A stretch of DNA of 64,000 bases from positions 31,269 through 95,268 of the IMG/VR virus record IMGVR_UViG_3300003873_000004; one strand, given 5' to 3'. The first letter of the stretch is position 1. The number at the start of each line of letters is the position of its first letter. Shown here piece by piece: positions 1-10,001 of the stretch. Origin of the DNA: a virus. The position numbers and the translations under genes were made by a program. The notes under the pieces are model-generated. The model did no database searches and had not been told where the DNA came from. It was given only the letters and a program-made list of their open reading frames with translations.

Positions 1-793
1 CCATTATACCTTGTAGGGATTTGCTTGTTGCGAGATGAACTTCGTCGACGATCACCGCCTGAGGCATCATACCACCGTCAACATAAGGGGTATTCCAGTA
101 AGACATGGGCATACGGAAAACCGACTGCCAGGTTGTTATGACAACCTGTTTATTTGTTATGCCAACCTGTTTATTTGTCTGTTTATCTCTACCAGACATG
201 ATTTGGTGACAATTTTGTTCTGCTTCCCACGTATCTTCGCTAGAATAATCTTCAAAATCGGAATACATCTGATAAACTAATCCAGTGGTAGGTACAATAA
301 TGAAGATTTTATCGTTGGATAATTTCTGCAAAAAACGTGTAAGTATGTAAATAATTAAGGATTTTCCACTAGACGTAGGACTTTTCAGAATACAACGTCG
401 GTTTTTTAACGCATGAACAGAGGCATTTCTTTGATAATCGTACGGATCAATTTTTACCCTTTTACAATGTACGTCAAGGCTATCTATGAATTTGTTGACC
501 AGCTTATTATTGATTCTTGAATCTTGCTCGAGTACATTTTTGTCTATAGAACAAGAATAGTCTCGATCTCGAGCAAATTCGGCAACATAAGAAGCCAGAC
601 CTAAGTAGATTGTCCTGTCGTTTGAACGGAACAAATGTATTTTTCCAGACCAGGATTTGTTCTTGAACTTCGGTGTGAACTGATACCCCGGCACTAGAAG
701 GCTGAAAAAATCGTTTAATTCTTCCGCAATTCCTCTATCACACTCAATATAAGCGTAGACATCGTTTTTCTTATGAATTACTATTTCTGTCAT
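1..793 (-). CDS. uvsW: UvsW SF2 DNA helicase (runs off the window start)
   Basis: Manual translation from ATG 793: MTEIVIHKKNDVY...IDPYDYQ...SPTSSGKS (Walker A)...VIVDEVH; close to uvsY as in T4-like phages. Confidence 0.92.
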   Translation of the reverse strand, partial: MTEIVIHKKNDVYAYIECDRGIAEELNDFFSLLVPGYQFTPKFKNKSWSGKIHLFRSNDRTIYLGLASYVAEFARDRDYSCSIDKNVLEQDSRINNKLVNKFIDSLDVHCKRVKIDPYDYQRNASVHALKNRRCILKSPTSSGKSLIIYILTRFLQKLSNDKIFIIVPTTGLVYQMYSDFEDYSSEDTWEAEQNCHQIMSGRDKQTNKQVGITNKQVVITTWQSVFRMPMSYWNTPYVDGGMMPQAVIVDEVHLATSKSLQGIM

Positions 794-1568
794 CAGAAAA
801 ACCGATCAATAGAAGTATAACTATTGTGTTCTATCGAAGTAGAATTGATGCGTGAATCAGCAATATCAAAATATTTTTCGTCTTGTTCAATTCCAATAAA
901 TTTTCGATTGAGTTTTTTTGCTGCGACTCCGGTCGAACCGCTGCCCATCGTAAAGTCTAGAACCGTTTCTTCTTCGTTTGTGTATGTTTTTATTAGATAT
1001 TTCAACAATTCTACTGGTTTCTGAGTAGGTGTAATTTACTACCACAATGAATAGAAAATTTTAGAATCGACAAGGGATAATATTCACCAGAAAGATTGCC
1101 TTTCTGTTTGAAATTCCCTTGTTTACCGTTGTTGCCTACAATAGAATTCGTATGTGTTCCGCCAGTTTTGGGACCTTTGTAAGATTTTCCTGTTCTCATT
1201 ATTGGTTTATACATTGGTTGTTTGTTGTAGAAAGTCAATATGTTTTCATATGACCCCATTGGCCGCTTTTTTGCGTATAGCGGGTTACTTCCTTTGCCTT
1301 TATCCCATATCCAATCATACTTGTAGTTTTTGATGTTACTCATTCTCAATGCGCTACTAAAAGGTTCGCAGCCAAACAAAACAATAGCTCCATTAGATTT
1401 GGTTATTCTATTTAATTGTTTCCACATTGGTTCAAAAGGAATTACATAATCCCATTTGCATGCTGTCGTTCCATACGGTGGATCGGTTAAAATAAAGTCG
1501 ATAGATTTATCAGGCAAATCTTTCATTAGTTCTAGGCAGTCGCCTTTTAATAGTTTGGTGTCTGTCAT
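793..1568 (-). CDS. DNA N6-adenine/N4-cytosine methyltransferase, frameshifted near 1028
   Basis: ORF 1011-1568 has TDPPY and ORF 793-1008 has LDFTMGSGSTG; adding one C (CAC CCT ACT CAG) restores the conserved HPTQKPVELL. Confidence 0.88.
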
Positions 1569-1967
1569 CTACATTCCATTCTCAAATTTTTTGAACTTCA
1601 AACAGTCCCGAATCAGAAATGACATTCCATTGATTTGCTTGATTACTGATTCGAGATAATTAGCACAAGTTTTCTCATAGTCTAATTTCAGTCGTTTTGC
1701 TTGTAGTTCAGAATCACCAGATACCAGAACGTCTATCTCTGCTTTGTTTTTCAGCACAACAGGATAGTCATTTCTATAATACAGGTATTTATCACTATAT
1801 GCCGAATCATATTCAGCTTGTAATTTCAGACAGTTCAATTGTGCTTCTGTGAACATCTGTAAATATTTCGAGTGTAGAATAGGAACACAGGCAGCAGCAG
1901 AATCAAGATGAAGTTGATCTATCTTCAAATCACGTGATACCTGTTGTTGTATATGCTCTAAATTCAT
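1569..1967 (-). CDS. uvsY: UvsY recombination mediator
   Basis: DLKID...LHSKY...Y.YY helical pattern; size and position near uvsW. Confidence 0.85.
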   Translation of the reverse strand: MNLEHIQQQVSRDLKIDQLHLDSAAACVPILHSKYLQMFTEAQLNCLKLQAEYDSAYSDKYLYYRNDYPVVLKNKAEIDVLVSGDSELQAKRLKLDYEKTCANYLESVIKQINGMSFLIRDCLKFKKFENGM

Positions 1968-2004
1968 TTGACTATTCTACACTATCTTGTGTAGATGTCA
2001 AGCG

Positions 2005-2469
2005 TTATTTTCGAAGAATAAATTGTTCGAAAGCAAATGTAGCTGAACCCATCAATACATCTGTTCCGTTCTGTGTAGTGAATTGTATCTCGCCTAAAAT
2101 TGTGGGGAACATTCCAACAAAATCAAACGATACAATTGGCGTTAGATTGTTGGTCAAAATATCAAGAGTAGCATCAGAAATAATATCTTTTGTTCTACCA
2201 TTGACCAACGAACCAGCACGCATCTGCTGCATCCAATTATAAATCTCCAAATAAGAAGTAAAATTTTCATCTACAACAAATTCTAGTGAGCATGGGTCGA
2301 AAGTTAGTTTCTCACCTGGAACTGGTATATCTTGTAGAGGTGTTGGTTGAATTGACTGCCCCATCGAAATAGTAGGCAGCGGACAATTAATAACCTGATA
2401 GGTAACATTAGGGATACGCCCGAAGTGAAATTGATAATTGCGTCCATAGGATTCGTTTGAAATAGCCAT
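2005..2469 (-). CDS. tail tube terminator/completion protein (T4 gp3-like)
   Basis: IPNVTY...LPTISMG...PGEKLTFD...F.VDEN...Y.EIYNWM; preceded by late-type CTAAATA. Confidence 0.78.
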   Translation of the reverse strand: MAISNESYGRNYQFHFGRIPNVTYQVINCPLPTISMGQSIQPTPLQDIPVPGEKLTFDPCSLEFVVDENFTSYLEIYNWMQQMRAGSLVNGRTKDIISDATLDILTNNLTPIVSFDFVGMFPTILGEIQFTTQNGTDVLMGSATFAFEQFILRK

Positions 2470-2524
2470 GTGATTATTTAGTTTGAAGTTGCGATGAATA
2501 TAGAGTCATAAGAAAAACTTATAG

Positions 2525-3742
2525 TCAGATAAAATATACAAATTTATCTTTTCGGACAACAGGAACTATAGATGCCTGTTCAGAAGACAACCAATAGAAA
2601 CCAGTTCTATTTTGTTGTTTTCTACGAAGATCGGGCGCGATCGCCCGCAGTGGTGAAGCAATGTTTTTGGCTGCGTTCAAATCCGCGTCATCTAAATGAC
2701 CGCATTTGTCGCACTCAAAAACTTTTCCTTTTCGGTTTGCTTTCTTCGTCCAACCGCATCCAGAACATCTTTGGCTTGTGTAAGTTGGGTTGATGTGCGT
2801 CACTAGAACGTCTAGTTCTTCACATCGAGCCTCGATCTTGTCAAAAATCTCTGGATATGTAAAATGAGAAAGGAATCTGGAACTTGTTTTTCCTTTCCTC
2901 ATGTCTTTTATGTTTTCTATCTTTAGCTCTTTACAACTGGACAGGTTTAGCCGGTTGATCGCCCAATTGATGTAGTTTGTTCTATGTTCTTGAGTCCTTC
3001 TAAATGCCTTCGAACCCTTTCTCTTTCTGGATAAGGTTTTCATGATTGAATCGAGATCGTGACCGTGGCGGTCGATCTTCGAAACTTGATTGTCTGAACA
3101 AGAAATGAGAGTCTTTGCTCCAATGTCGATGCCTAGAGTTTCTGTTCCTACATTTTGTCTTGGTTCTATTTCGAACAACATAGTAATTTCCTTTTCGTTC
3201 AGTCTAATAGATTTTTTTAGCTCACCTCTTGTCAGCAAATTATTAAAATGTCTGTGCCGTTTGAAAGGCAATTCAATTTTTATTTTACTTCCTATTGATC
3301 GTAGAGTTATGTATCCGTCAAACGAAGTTTTGTTTTCTTGATCAATATGAACAAACCTAGAATCTAATTCCAAGTTTATCTTATCTAAAATTGGCTTAGA
3401 TGGTGTATTGCGATCATAAACTTTTCTTAACTTGTTTGCTTTTTCGATGTTGCCTGATATTTCTAACTTATTAATCATCCATAAACGTTTCTTTTGCTTG
3501 GCTTTTGTTCCTTTAATGATGCCGATGGCCTGTTTTGTAGCACACTGTATCATTCTGGCAGAAAGCCAAGAAGTTATATTGTCAGTGAAGTCTCTCGTTG
3601 CGAACTTAGGGAGGGTTTCGTACCCCCAATAGAAGTCAATTGTTTTCTTCATAACATTTCTATATTCACAAACGATTGAAGACACCGTTTGTTTCTTCGA
3701 TTTGTTTGTGAATTTAAGAGAAACTTTAGAAGATTTAATCAT
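2525..3742 (-). CDS. tnpB: TnpB RNA-guided endonuclease
   Basis: RuvC motifs GIDIG, IENI, DADLNAA all intact; zinc finger CSGC...CDKC. Confidence 0.93.
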   Translation of the reverse strand: MIKSSKVSLKFTNKSKKQTVSSIVCEYRNVMKKTIDFYWGYETLPKFATRDFTDNITSWLSARMIQCATKQAIGIIKGTKAKQKKRLWMINKLEISGNIEKANKLRKVYDRNTPSKPILDKINLELDSRFVHIDQENKTSFDGYITLRSIGSKIKIELPFKRHRHFNNLLTRGELKKSIRLNEKEITMLFEIEPRQNVGTETLGIDIGAKTLISCSDNQVSKIDRHGHDLDSIMKTLSRKRKGSKAFRRTQEHRTNYINWAINRLNLSSCKELKIENIKDMRKGKTSSRFLSHFTYPEIFDKIEARCEELDVLVTHINPTYTSQRCSGCGWTKKANRKGKVFECDKCGHLDDADLNAAKNIASPLRAIAPDLRRKQQNRTGFYWLSSEQASIVPVVRKDKFVYFI

Positions 3743-4304
3743 TGTTCAATTCGTCAACGATTTTCGCCGTCTTTCTTTTTGATCTGCGTTTGCCATAGAT
3801 TCTCGCACAGAACGAAGTTATTATAGAAACTAAATCTTCTACGATTTCTTTTTCCTCTTGTGTTCTGTTCACAACAACGATTTCACCGGCAAATAAAGTT
3901 TCTATATAATTAAATCCAAATCGTGTCAGTCTATCCTTATGCTCGACAACAATTCTCCCTATTGTTGGGTCAGACAAAAGAGAAATCAGTTTTGGTCTAT
4001 TGTCATTTAACCCAGAAGCACATTCTTTCGTCACGATATTGACTACCCAGCCATTAGAACAACAAAAATCTTCTAGACGTTTTGCTTGGCTGTCCAAATT
4101 ATTGCGATTTTGAGAAGAACTAACTCGCGCGTAAATAGCAGTACGAACATCTGTCTCGACTTCGCTGTCAACTTCAATTAGAATTGTACCCGACGGCAAT
4201 TGTACATAATTATCAGGAAAATCCCCACGTTTCAACAATTGATAAGCTCCAGTGTATGTGTAGCCGTTTTCTTTTGCCCATTTTGACAGTTTAATTCGTT
4301 TCAT
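3735..4304 (-). CDS. tnpA: IS607 serine transposase
   Basis: N-terminal HTH, then YARVSS...ASG...VVEHKDRLTRFG...FCARIYG. Confidence 0.95.
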   Translation of the reverse strand: MKRIKLSKWAKENGYTYTGAYQLLKRGDFPDNYVQLPSGTILIEVDSEVETDVRTAIYARVSSSQNRNNLDSQAKRLEDFCCSNGWVVNIVTKECASGLNDNRPKLISLLSDPTIGRIVVEHKDRLTRFGFNYIETLFAGEIVVVNRTQEEKEIVEDLVSIITSFCARIYGKRRSKRKTAKIVDELNND

Positions 4305-4404
4305 ATATCTATTTAGTATTATATGTTTTTACACATTTATGGCGATTGTACATTATACTTAATCGAAAAGGCATAAAAATCTTTTTATCGAAAATTGAAA
4401 GAAA

Positions 4405-4920
4405 TCTCTTGACTTCTTGTTTCGAAACTGCTAGAATGCTTCGAGTACATTAAGTAGACATAGAGATTGATAGAAAAGATCAATAAAAGAAATAGATAAC
4501 TGCGCGGTTGCGTAGCAACCGTAGCTTCCGTAGCGCAGCGAAGGAAACAATTCAGCGCTGTTAGATACATTTGGCGTAGCCAGAGTTGCTCAAGAGGTTT
4601 TAGACTTTGGTTTTATTCAGCGTCATTAGATCACGGTAAACGTGATTAGCGCAGTTGGACTGCTAGTTAGGACACCTGTGCACTTCGAACAAGGATCTGG
4701 ACAGTATCTTGACAACTCTAAACTACGCCTTCGGCACTTCGAGCTTCGCTCTCCGAACGTGTTATTTTCTTCATTGTATAGTGTAGAACAATCATTAACA
4801 ACATCTGGACAACAGTCAACAACATTAGACTTTTCCTTCGCTGCGCTACGGAAGCTACGCCTTCGGCTTCGCAAATATGGATTATTTCTCTTGACAAGAT
4901 CATCAATATGGTGTAGACTT
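4405..4920. repeat. large intergenic quasi-palindromic element, copy 1
   Basis: Shared with 59343-59745; 66-bp identical core at 4647-4712; inverted repeat 4520-4547 / 4832-4859; TTGACT-N17-TAGAAT at 4409-4437. Confidence 0.9.
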
Positions 4921-4926
4921 ACGTCA

Positions 4927-6132
4927 ATGAATAATAAACCGACTTTAGATCAACAGAAGATTATAGACAAGATTATAGACAAGACTCTATCTGGTCATCA
5001 TTGTTGTCTAGATGCTCCGGCGGGAACAGGTAAAACATTTATTCTTGAATTTCTTGTTGATGAACTTCGACACAACGGTAAAACTGTTCATCTGTGTTCT
5101 ACAACTCATAAGTCTGTTGCTGTTCTCGAAAATAATTCGTTCGAAGAAGTTTCTACAATCCATTCGTTACTTGGTATGAAACCACAAATCGACTATAGAA
5201 CGGGTAAAGAAAAATATGTCATTGATAGAGACGTGCCTCGTAAAGTCAAGAAAGGTGAAGTAGTCATTTGTGATGAAGCATCGATGATCAATAATGAAAT
5301 GCTTGGTCTTATAGCAGAAGTGGTAAAAGAATTGAATGTTGTGTTTATATTTGTTGGTGACTCGTATCAATTACCTCCAGTCGGCGAGGAAAGGTCTAAT
5401 GCTTTATTCATGCCAAATAAATTCACTCTGGACAAGATTGTTCGTCACACTAATTCTATTGTAGATTGTTCAGTCAAAATGCGGGAATATATAGAAGATG
5501 GATATGTTCCATCAATTAGAGATTTTGATGAATTTCCTGATATAGAAGTTTTGAACAACACTAATTTTGATAAAATGTTTTTCGACAAGGTTAAAACTGG
5601 TCAATCTGTTCTTTTCGTAGCATGGACTAATAATAGAGTGGATTGTCAAGCAGCAGACGTTAGAAATTTCTTAGGATATTCACCGACGTCATTTGAACGT
5701 GGTGAAACTTTGATTCTAAATGCTCCATTGATCAAGAAGCGTTCGATTGTTGCTGGAAACAATTCTATTCATGTGGTAGATAAAGTTTCATCAAAAGAAA
5801 TAGGCGGAATAGACTTCTGTGCTATTACAACACAAGATGGTTTGAAATTCAACACAAAGATTGACTATAGTGATGTGAAAAATAGATTAGATGAAATGAC
5901 AAGAGTGGCAACTTTTGATGGTACTTCGAAAGGCTGGAGAGCTTATTACAGATTTAAGGAATCAAGCGTTCCCGTTTCTTTTCATCATTCTGTGACTGTT
6001 CACAAATCACAGGGAAGCACAGTTGATGAAGTGTTTATCGACTTTAGAGATATTATTCGATCTGATATTGCTTCTAAATTATTATACGTGGCTATTACAC
6101 GGGCGGCAAAAAGAGTTTATCTGTTAAATTGA
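4927..6132 (+). CDS. dda: Dda-like SF1B helicase
   Basis: APAGTGKT, ICDEASM, GDSYQLPPV, TVHKSQGST, YVAITRA; likely start ATG 4927 just after a promoter. Confidence 0.9.
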   Translation: MNNKPTLDQQKIIDKIIDKTLSGHHCCLDAPAGTGKTFILEFLVDELRHNGKTVHLCSTTHKSVAVLENNSFEEVSTIHSLLGMKPQIDYRTGKEKYVIDRDVPRKVKKGEVVICDEASMINNEMLGLIAEVVKELNVVFIFVGDSYQLPPVGEERSNALFMPNKFTLDKIVRHTNSIVDCSVKMREYIEDGYVPSIRDFDEFPDIEVLNNTNFDKMFFDKVKTGQSVLFVAWTNNRVDCQAADVRNFLGYSPTSFERGETLILNAPLIKKRSIVAGNNSIHVVDKVSSKEIGGIDFCAITTQDGLKFNTKIDYSDVKNRLDEMTRVATFDGTSKGWRAYYRFKESSVPVSFHHSVTVHKSQGSTVDEVFIDFRDIIRSDIASKLLYVAITRAAKRVYLLN

Positions 6133-6134
6133 TT

Positions 6135-6263
6135 CTAAGCCATTTTAGTTTCTTTCTAGTATGTTGGTATCAAAAAGAAATTCAAATTGTTTCTAGACAC
6201 ACTCTAGGGGCTAGAATTGTATTAAATAAAGTTCTTGACAAGTACAAAATAATAGTGTAGCAT
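6135..6263 (+). repeat. ~125-bp promoter-bearing dispersed repeat, copy A (others 20789-20912, 24737-24865, 49908-50036, diverged 59755-59879)
   Basis: Shared ...tatcaaaaagaaattcaaat.gtttctagaca..ctctaggggctagaa...aaagttcTTGACAagtaca...TAGCAT. Confidence 0.9.
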
Positions 6264-6287
6264 AAATCAATTGGAGTAAACAAAGAT

Positions 6288-6854
6288 ATGACACAGAAGA
6301 AAAAGAAGCCAGAACATTACGTTGATAACAAAAAAATGCTTGAGGTCGTAACTGACTGGAAAAATGAAATTCAGAAAGCGCGTGATGCTGGCGAAGATGA
6401 CCCTCGTATGCCGGAAGAACTGGGAAAGATGATTCTGTTAATTTGTAAACGACTGATGATGCGCCCAAATTTCTTGAATTATTCTTATAGAGAAGAATTT
6501 GTGTCTGATGCTATAGAAAATTGTATGAGATATGCCAAGAATTTCGACCCCGAGAAGTCGAAAAATCCATTTGGTTATTATACGCAAATTGCGTATTTTT
6601 CTGCTATTCATCGAATCAACAAAGAGAAAAAGCAGTTCGCTACAAAGGCAAAGATGGTTCAGCAATCTGGAGTTCTAGCCATTGGCGCTGAATCCAATAC
6701 ACAGGGTCATGACAATGCTGAAGATTATTCTAATGGCTATCGAGATTTTTTGAGAAACTTTTATGACGTGGAACTGGTATCAGATAAAGAAAAGAAACCA
6801 AGAAAGCCAAAACAATCAGCCCAACCTAATACTATCGATGTTACTAAAGCATGA
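6288..6854 (+). CDS. 55: late sigma factor gp55
   Basis: HYVDNK...PNF.NYSYREE...DAIENC.RY..NFDPEKSKNPFGYYTQI. Confidence 0.95.
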   Translation: MTQKKKKPEHYVDNKKMLEVVTDWKNEIQKARDAGEDDPRMPEELGKMILLICKRLMMRPNFLNYSYREEFVSDAIENCMRYAKNFDPEKSKNPFGYYTQIAYFSAIHRINKEKKQFATKAKMVQQSGVLAIGAESNTQGHDNAEDYSNGYRDFLRNFYDVELVSDKEKKPRKPKQSAQPNTIDVTKA

Positions 6855-7912
6855 TCATACCTATCGTCGGCGATGCACATTATGGAATTCGAAATGATTC
6901 GGATAATTTCTACAATTATTTTAAGCGTTTCTATGATAATATACTGTTTCCGTATATCGAAGAAAATAACATCAAAGCTATTATTCAAACAGGCGACTTC
7001 TTAGATAGAAGAAAAAATGTTGATTATAAGACTTTGAACCGCGTATCTATAGATTTCTTTGACAAACTACATGAACTGGGTTGTGAAATTCATACGTTCC
7101 CCGGTAACCATGATATTTACTATAGACATTCTACCAAAGTAAATTCTATCACAGAATTGTTTGATTGGCGAAAAGGTGTCCATATTTACAACGACCCAAC
7201 TACTGTCAATTTTGATGGATTGAATATAGACTTTTTTCCGTGGATAACCAAAGAGAATCTTGCTCAGACAGAAGATTTTGTGGCTAAAACTTCATCGTCA
7301 ATTTGTGTTGGACATTTCGAATTTTCTGGATTTGAAATACAAGCAGGGTTACTAAGCAAGTGCGGGATGGATACAAAACTGTTTGATAATTATTCTAGTG
7401 TGTTATCTGGTCATTTTCATCATAGGTCAACTACAGGGAATATTCAATATGTCGGAACACCATACGAAATGACTTGGGCTGATTTTGCTGACCCTAAAGG
7501 ATTTCATGTTCTCGATACCGATACACAGGAATTGTCATTCATCGAAAATCCAGACAAAATGTTTCACAAAGTATTCTATGCTTCTACTGTTGATTATTCT
7601 GGATACGATTTCGAAGAATTGAGTGATACTATTGTCAAATTGATTGTGAAAGACAGAGACGATATTTCTAAATTTGAATCTGTTGTTTCCAAGATAAATA
7701 GCGTGAAGCCATTGAATCTGACAATTGTCGAAAGTGATGTTACTGTGGTAGAAGGAATAGATCAAGAATCCATCGATGGCGTAGATACATTTAATGTACT
7801 GATGCGTGCAGCTAGGGCCACCGCCGAAACAGAAGGACTTGACCCAGACAAAACAGAGAGAATACTCACTGAATTATATCAAGAAGCCGTCGATATCAGT
7901 CGGGAAAACTAG
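6851..7912 (+). CDS. 47: recombination nuclease gp47 (Mre11/SbcD-like)
   Basis: GDAHYG, GDFLD, GNHD, GHFH phosphoesterase motifs. Confidence 0.95.
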   Translation: MIIPIVGDAHYGIRNDSDNFYNYFKRFYDNILFPYIEENNIKAIIQTGDFLDRRKNVDYKTLNRVSIDFFDKLHELGCEIHTFPGNHDIYYRHSTKVNSITELFDWRKGVHIYNDPTTVNFDGLNIDFFPWITKENLAQTEDFVAKTSSSICVGHFEFSGFEIQAGLLSKCGMDTKLFDNYSSVLSGHFHHRSTTGNIQYVGTPYEMTWADFADPKGFHVLDTDTQELSFIENPDKMFHKVFYASTVDYSGYDFEELSDTIVKLIVKDRDDISKFESVVSKINSVKPLNLTIVESDVTVVEGIDQESIDGVDTFNVLMRAARATAETEGLDPDKTERILTELYQEAVDISREN

Positions 7913-7920
7913 GAGAAACT

Positions 7921-9642
7921 TTGCTAATCATCAAAAGCGTAGAATATCGTAATTTTCTGTCTACTGGTAATGTGCCTATTAAATTGAATTTTGACAGTCG
8001 ATGTACTGGAATCACTGGAAAAAATGGGCATGGCAAGTCGACATTTAATTCTGCCTTGTTCTTCGCTATGTTCGGCAAGACCCTTCGAAAATTGAAGAAA
8101 GAACAGATTGTTAATTCTATCAACAAGAAAGACTTGCTTGTCACACTAGAACTTCGAGACGGCAAGAAAAACTATAAGATCGTTCGTGGTATCAAGCCAA
8201 ACATTTTTGAAATTTATGTCGATGGTATTTTGAGAGAACCCCCAGCGTCAATCAAAGATTATCAAAACTGGCTTGAAAATTCTGTTCTAAAAATGAATGA
8301 AGCTGTAGCAAAGCAATTGATGCTTCTAAACTCGACTTCCTTTATCCCGTTCATGATGTTGCCAGCGAAACAACGTAGAACTGTAGTAGAAGAAATTCTC
8401 GACATTCAAGTTTTCACCACAATTTCAACACTGATTCGTGGTAGATCAACCATTCTTAGCACGCAATATAACGATCTGATTTCAGAAATATCGTTGTTGA
8501 AAAACTCTATCAAGCTAAAACAAGAGCATTTAGCTGACATTAGCGTGAAGAAAGAGACACTAATCAAAGAAAAGCAAGAAAGAATTGTAAGTTTGAAGAC
8601 TGATATTACACGGATTGAATCTGGTATCATAGCAGCAACCGACGAAATCGCATTGAACAATGAGAAAATTTCTGATGCTGCGGCAAAAAGACAAAATAGG
8701 TCAGAACTAGACAAAATCATGACGGAAATTTCAGCAAAGAAATATCGTCTTGAAAAACATACAAAATTCGTACAGAATAATTCGTCTTGCCCTACATGTC
8801 AGCAGGAAATAGACGACAACTTTCGAGCAAATACAGTGAAGGAATCGGCGGAAGAATCAAAATCCCTAGAGACTGCCATAGACAAAGCAACAGAAATGCT
8901 TGACGAATTTGACAGTAGATTAGATGAAATAACAGCAATAGAAAAAAATATACTCAATTTGAACATTGATATTTCAAATAGTCATACCAGAATAGATGCT
9001 ATCGCTGAAAATATACGCGTGATAGAACTCGATTTACGAAATATGTCATCGTCTAATGATGAAAATGATGAATCTATTTTATCTGATATACAAAAAATTG
9101 AAGATCAATTGACGAAAACAAAATTAGAACGGGATGAATTGGTAGATAATACACAATATCTTAGAACTATAAATTCGTTGCTGAAAGATTCTGGCATCAA
9201 GACCAAAATAATCAAGCAGTATTTACCAACGATCAATTCGCTGATTCGCAAGTATCTTGAGATATTAGAGTTCCCTTGTGAGTTTACATTTGACGAAGAG
9301 TTCAACGAGACAATGAAATCACGGTATAGAGACGTATTTTCATATGATAATTTCTCTGCGGGGCAGCGCTGCCGTATAGATTTGGCCTTAATGTTCGCAT
9401 GGCGTGATTTATCAAGGCTTAGAAATTCATCAGCGTGTAATCTTCTTGTGCTAGATGAAATTGGGTCGTCTTCATTAGACGACAATGGTGTGGCCGCGTT
9501 TATGAAAATAGTTGGAAATTTGGATAAAACCAATGTGATTGTTATTTCTCATGATCAAAATATATTCGATTCCGACGCCTTCGACAAGCATCTTACTTTC
9601 AAATTGCAAAATAATTTCACCATTGTCGAAGAAACCTCTTGA
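7921..9642 (+). CDS. 46: recombination ATPase gp46 (Rad50/SbcC-like)
   Basis: GKNGHGKST, CPTC zinc hook, FSAGQ, LDE, ISH. Confidence 0.95.
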   Translation: MLIIKSVEYRNFLSTGNVPIKLNFDSRCTGITGKNGHGKSTFNSALFFAMFGKTLRKLKKEQIVNSINKKDLLVTLELRDGKKNYKIVRGIKPNIFEIYVDGILREPPASIKDYQNWLENSVLKMNEAVAKQLMLLNSTSFIPFMMLPAKQRRTVVEEILDIQVFTTISTLIRGRSTILSTQYNDLISEISLLKNSIKLKQEHLADISVKKETLIKEKQERIVSLKTDITRIESGIIAATDEIALNNEKISDAAAKRQNRSELDKIMTEISAKKYRLEKHTKFVQNNSSCPTCQQEIDDNFRANTVKESAEESKSLETAIDKATEMLDEFDSRLDEITAIEKNILNLNIDISNSHTRIDAIAENIRVIELDLRNMSSSNDENDESILSDIQKIEDQLTKTKLERDELVDNTQYLRTINSLLKDSGIKTKIIKQYLPTINSLIRKYLEILEFPCEFTFDEEFNETMKSRYRDVFSYDNFSAGQRCRIDLALMFAWRDLSRLRNSSACNLLVLDEIGSSSLDDNGVAAFMKIVGNLDKTNVIVISHDQNIFDSDAFDKHLTFKLQNNFTIVEETS

Positions 9643-9721
9643 CAAGAACATCGATATAGTCTAGACTTAGTTTATTGACGAAGGATAACATGACTAACAA
9701 TACTATAATTAAGGAGTTCAA

Positions 9722-9946
9722 ATGTCTGATATTTTTTGGATAACTAATTATTGTGATCCACATAATCGACACGAAAAAATGAACAGAGAAATTTACGGCG
9801 TGATGCTGAAATATATTGATCATCCACATGAAATGAAATCAATGCAAAACAAATTGTGGGAACTACATGTAGAAGGATATAACGTAAAGCATCTTTTGAA
9901 TGTTATATGCTATCGAAAGTGGTTAGAGAAATATCTCTTGACATAA
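9722..9946 (+). CDS. hypothetical protein
   Basis: AAGGAG SD and upstream TTGACA/TAGACT promoter. Confidence 0.7.
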   Translation: MSDIFWITNYCDPHNRHEKMNREIYGVMLKYIDHPHEMKSMQNKLWELHVEGYNVKHLLNVICYRKWLEKYLLT

Positions 9947-10001
9947 TCATCGAAAGGGTCTAGACTTAACTTATTGAAAGAGAAATTGAGGTGATTATAT
10001 T
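9938..10001 (+). promoter_or_regulatory. early sigma70-type promoter/leader cassette TTGACA-N17-TAGACT-TATTGTATTGAAAG + SD (also at 12130, 12386, 14550, 26437, 31641, 37010, 37358, 39332, 41369, 41488, 42748, 53646)
   Basis: Repeated near-identical -35/-10 with 17-bp spacer and conserved downstream leader. Confidence 0.9.

Larger units (their letters stand above)
2490..4370 (-). mobile_element. IS607-family element (ends approximate)
   Basis: Overlapping serine-recombinase tnpA and tnpB with AT-rich flanks. Confidence 0.85.

Noticed and set aside
1005-1035. Two-subunit methyltransferase
   Set aside because: A single added C restores HPTQKP; error or recent pseudogenisation is simpler
4405-4920. 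CRISPR array
   Set aside because: No regular repeat-spacer periodicity anywhere in the window and no cas genes
4642-4926. N-terminal extension of Dda
   Set aside because: Open frame through the non-coding repeat; the promoter lies just before ATG 4927
7910-7912. Stop-codon reassignment
   Set aside because: Core genes end properly at TAG (47, 45, 44), TGA and TAA; no suppressor tRNA seen
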